Translations under genes and position numbers: made by a program
In this document: positions 62,242 through 64,000 of the stretch, piece by piece
How the letters are laid out: each line of letters opens with the position of its first letter
Numbering within the stretch: position 1 is the stretch's first letter
Notes under the pieces: generated by a model
The model's input: only the letters and a program-made list of their open reading frames with translations
What the model was told of the DNA's origin: nothing
Databases searched by the model: none
Assembly: GCA_965223665.1 (NCBI GenBank)
Contig: OZ245011.1
Span: forward strand, 448,001-512,000
Source of the DNA: Nitrospinaceae bacterium
GTDB taxonomy: Bacteria; Nitrospinota; Nitrospinia; Nitrospinales; Nitrospinaceae
Direction: 5' to 3'
Length of the DNA: 64,000 bases

Positions 62242-62532
62242 ATGGATGAAACTGTTCAAATTATAGACAATATATTGAAAGAAAAGTTAGATGCTCAACA
62301 CGTTGAAATTATTGATGAAAGTTATCTACATCGTGGTCATAAAGCCGCAGGAGGGGGAGGGCACTATGCGGTGGTTGTTGTGTCTGAAAAATTTAAGAAT
62401 GTTAACTTAATTGATCAACGCCGGCTGGTGTATTCTGCACTCGACGATCAAATTAATGGGACCCCTAAATTAATACACGCGTTGCAAATTAAAACTCTGA
62501 CTCCGGAGGAGTGGAAAAGTATCAAAAACTAA
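62242..62532 (+). CDS. bolA: BolA family protein
   Basis: DES..H.GH, GHY...VVS..F, R.VY.AL, IHAL. Confidence 0.93.
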   Translation: MDETVQIIDNILKEKLDAQHVEIIDESYLHRGHKAAGGGGHYAVVVVSEKFKNVNLIDQRRLVYSALDDQINGTPKLIHALQIKTLTPEEWKSIKN

Positions 62533-62934
62533 TTTCAAACTTGGTTTTTCTAAAGGGATATAATAAAAATTTAACTTTCCCCGAAAAATCGATTCCTTTT
62601 CCTCAATATAGTAGGCACGATTTTTCCAGTATAGTAGTCCAGCCTCTAAATCCATTTTTATAGGCTGACCTAAATTTCCTGCGTATCCTACTCTTGTATG
62701 ACTTACCCAATATCTTCCCACCAAAAACGGATCTTCAGTAGCTCCACAAAGGCCAATATGTTTTTTGAAAAAAGCATTAGCAACGTAAGAAGCTTCATTA
62801 ATATTTGATTGAAATGAAATGTTTGTTACAGGAGAAACAACATTACTTTTTTGCGTGCAACCTATTCCAAAGAATAGAATAATAAGAATCGAATGTGTTT
62901 TAAATCTAGAAGCTAAATTGATAAACAATCTCAT
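62470..62934 (-). CDS. Hypothetical lipoprotein
   Basis: Signal with FGIGC lipobox-like motif; RBS AGGAG-like context; 3' end overlaps bolA. Confidence 0.55.
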   Translation of the reverse strand: MRLFINLASRFKTHSILIILFFGIGCTQKSNVVSPVTNISFQSNINEASYVANAFFKKHIGLCGATEDPFLVGRYWVSHTRVGYAGNLGQPIKMDLEAGLLYWKNRAYYIEEKESIFRGKLNFYYIPLEKPSLKLVFDTFPLLRSQSFNLQRVY

Positions 62935-62992
62935 TTTCTACTCTTTTAGGAGAATCTAAGGATAATTTAATTTTGTAGTATTGGGTATTTAA

Positions 62993-63472
62993 TTATTCAC
63001 GATATATTTCCAGTTCCTCACAATTTTTTAAATTTTCGGATTCCATAAGTGCTTTTATTCCACTATTTGTAAACTGATTTTTATATAGATCTAATTTAAG
63101 CAATTTTTTACTGTTAGGCGATTCTGCAAAAGCTTTTGCTCCCTCATCTCCAATAACATTTCCAAAGAGGGATAAATATTTTAACTTGGGAAAATTAGAT
63201 GAATTCGCTAGTGCAATGGCACCATCATCCCCAATTTCATTATGGTTCAAATTTAATGTTTCCACGTTTATTAAATAGGGACAATCTGCAATTGCCTCCG
63301 CACCTTCATCACTGGCTTGATTAGCAGAATAGGTCAGATTTTTTACGGTTTTTAATTCTTCACATTTACAAAATTCGAAGGTTCCTCGTAGACCTATATT
63401 TTTATCTCTAAGATTGAGAATGGTTCCATCCTCACTTATAGATGCTTTAATTAATTCTTGAATCCGGCTCAT
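62993..63472 (-). CDS. Short cytoplasmic leucine-rich repeat protein
   Basis: 27-aa LRRs (LNLNHNEIGDDGAIALANS); RBS GGGAG. Confidence 0.85.
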   Translation of the reverse strand: MSRIQELIKASISEDGTILNLRDKNIGLRGTFEFCKCEELKTVKNLTYSANQASDEGAEAIADCPYLINVETLNLNHNEIGDDGAIALANSSNFPKLKYLSLFGNVIGDEGAKAFAESPNSKKLLKLDLYKNQFTNSGIKALMESENLKNCEELEIYRE

Positions 63473-63557
63473 ACGTTACTCCCAAAGTACAATAAATGTT
63501 TGTTTTTATGGTCAGGAGTATCTTATCAAAATAGAAAAAAAATGAGATAAAAACTTT

Positions 63558-63590
63558 AAAAAAATCGGCAGAGGAATTGCCCTCTGCCGG
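63558..63590 (-). terminator. Intrinsic terminator
   Basis: CGGCAGAGG/CCTCTGCCG stem followed by a T7 tract on the minus strand. Confidence 0.85.
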
Positions 63591-63609
63591 AATTAAGGAT
63601 TAAAAGAAT

Positions 63610-64000
63610 CTATAGCAGGGGTTCTAAAAATAATCCTTCGTTTTTCCACTTGGCTATATCCTCCTTTGTTGGAATGGGAGGAATCGGTTTTTTGGTTTTT
63701 CTTTTACCCAGGGGATCGTGAAACGTTCGCGCATAAGCTTCGGCTTTCCACAAATAAAGGTGCGGAAACATTGTTCCCCATGGACCCATTGCCGTTCCAT
63801 CAATTCCTCTGGTGACTCGGCGATAGTATAACTCATCGGGCCAGTCCTTAAGCACTTTGTCCATGTGGTCAGGCATTTTATCTGTATCTGGTCCATTCGG
63901 ATCCCTGAAATCAAATGCGCCTGTCATCATAGGAATTCCGTTAGCCCCATGACAAACTGCACAATTGAGTCCTTCAGTCGCGGGTTCCTTGCCTTCAAAA
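63610..64000 (-). CDS. Cytochrome c domain protein, 5'-truncated
   Basis: Frame is open to the window edge; CAVCHG heme motif near 63950-63965 and G..GTAM.PW distal-ligand motif. Confidence 0.85.
   Translation of the reverse strand, partial: FEGKEPATEGLNCAVCHGANGIPMMTGAFDFRDPNGPDTDKMPDHMDKVLKDWPDELYYRRVTRGIDGTAMGPWGTMFPHLYLWKAEAYARTFHDPLGKRKTKKPIPPIPTKEDIAKWKNEGLFLEPLL

Overview
AT-rich bacterial core-chromosome segment with about 60 intact CDS. I see no tRNA, rRNA, IS, integrase, prophage or CRISPR array. The gene mix (orphan cytochrome c554-family protein, other c-type cytochromes, FGE-like, LRR and NHL proteins, Deltaproteobacteria-like housekeeping synteny) suggests a Nitrospinota-like organism; this is an inference, not a database result. 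Housekeeping content: trpEGDCFBA, proA, dprA-topA-trmFO, parC-parE-like topoisomerase, truA-leuB-asd, mtnP-hemL-eno-ftsB, HU/IHF, queA, ugd, recO, ogt, TRAP dctQM, sppA, lpdA, SPFH/NfeD and bolA. Best leads: (1) a convergent four-gene Fe-S scaffold module with a split HCF101-like pair facing a second, divergent Mrp and a CxxC/PCP-reductase-domain protein; (2) two NrdR-like boxes at 31-bp spacing over the topoisomerase IV promoter; (3) an unassigned ~125-nt multi-stem RNA with its own promoter, upstream of a TolC-like protein that seems to lack its beta-barrel; (4) tandem PilB/GspE ATPases carrying PDE-type GAF domains; (5) a c554-like tetraheme protein with a CX3CH motif and no hao; (6) an exported LRR-NHL-LRR cassette coupled to proA.
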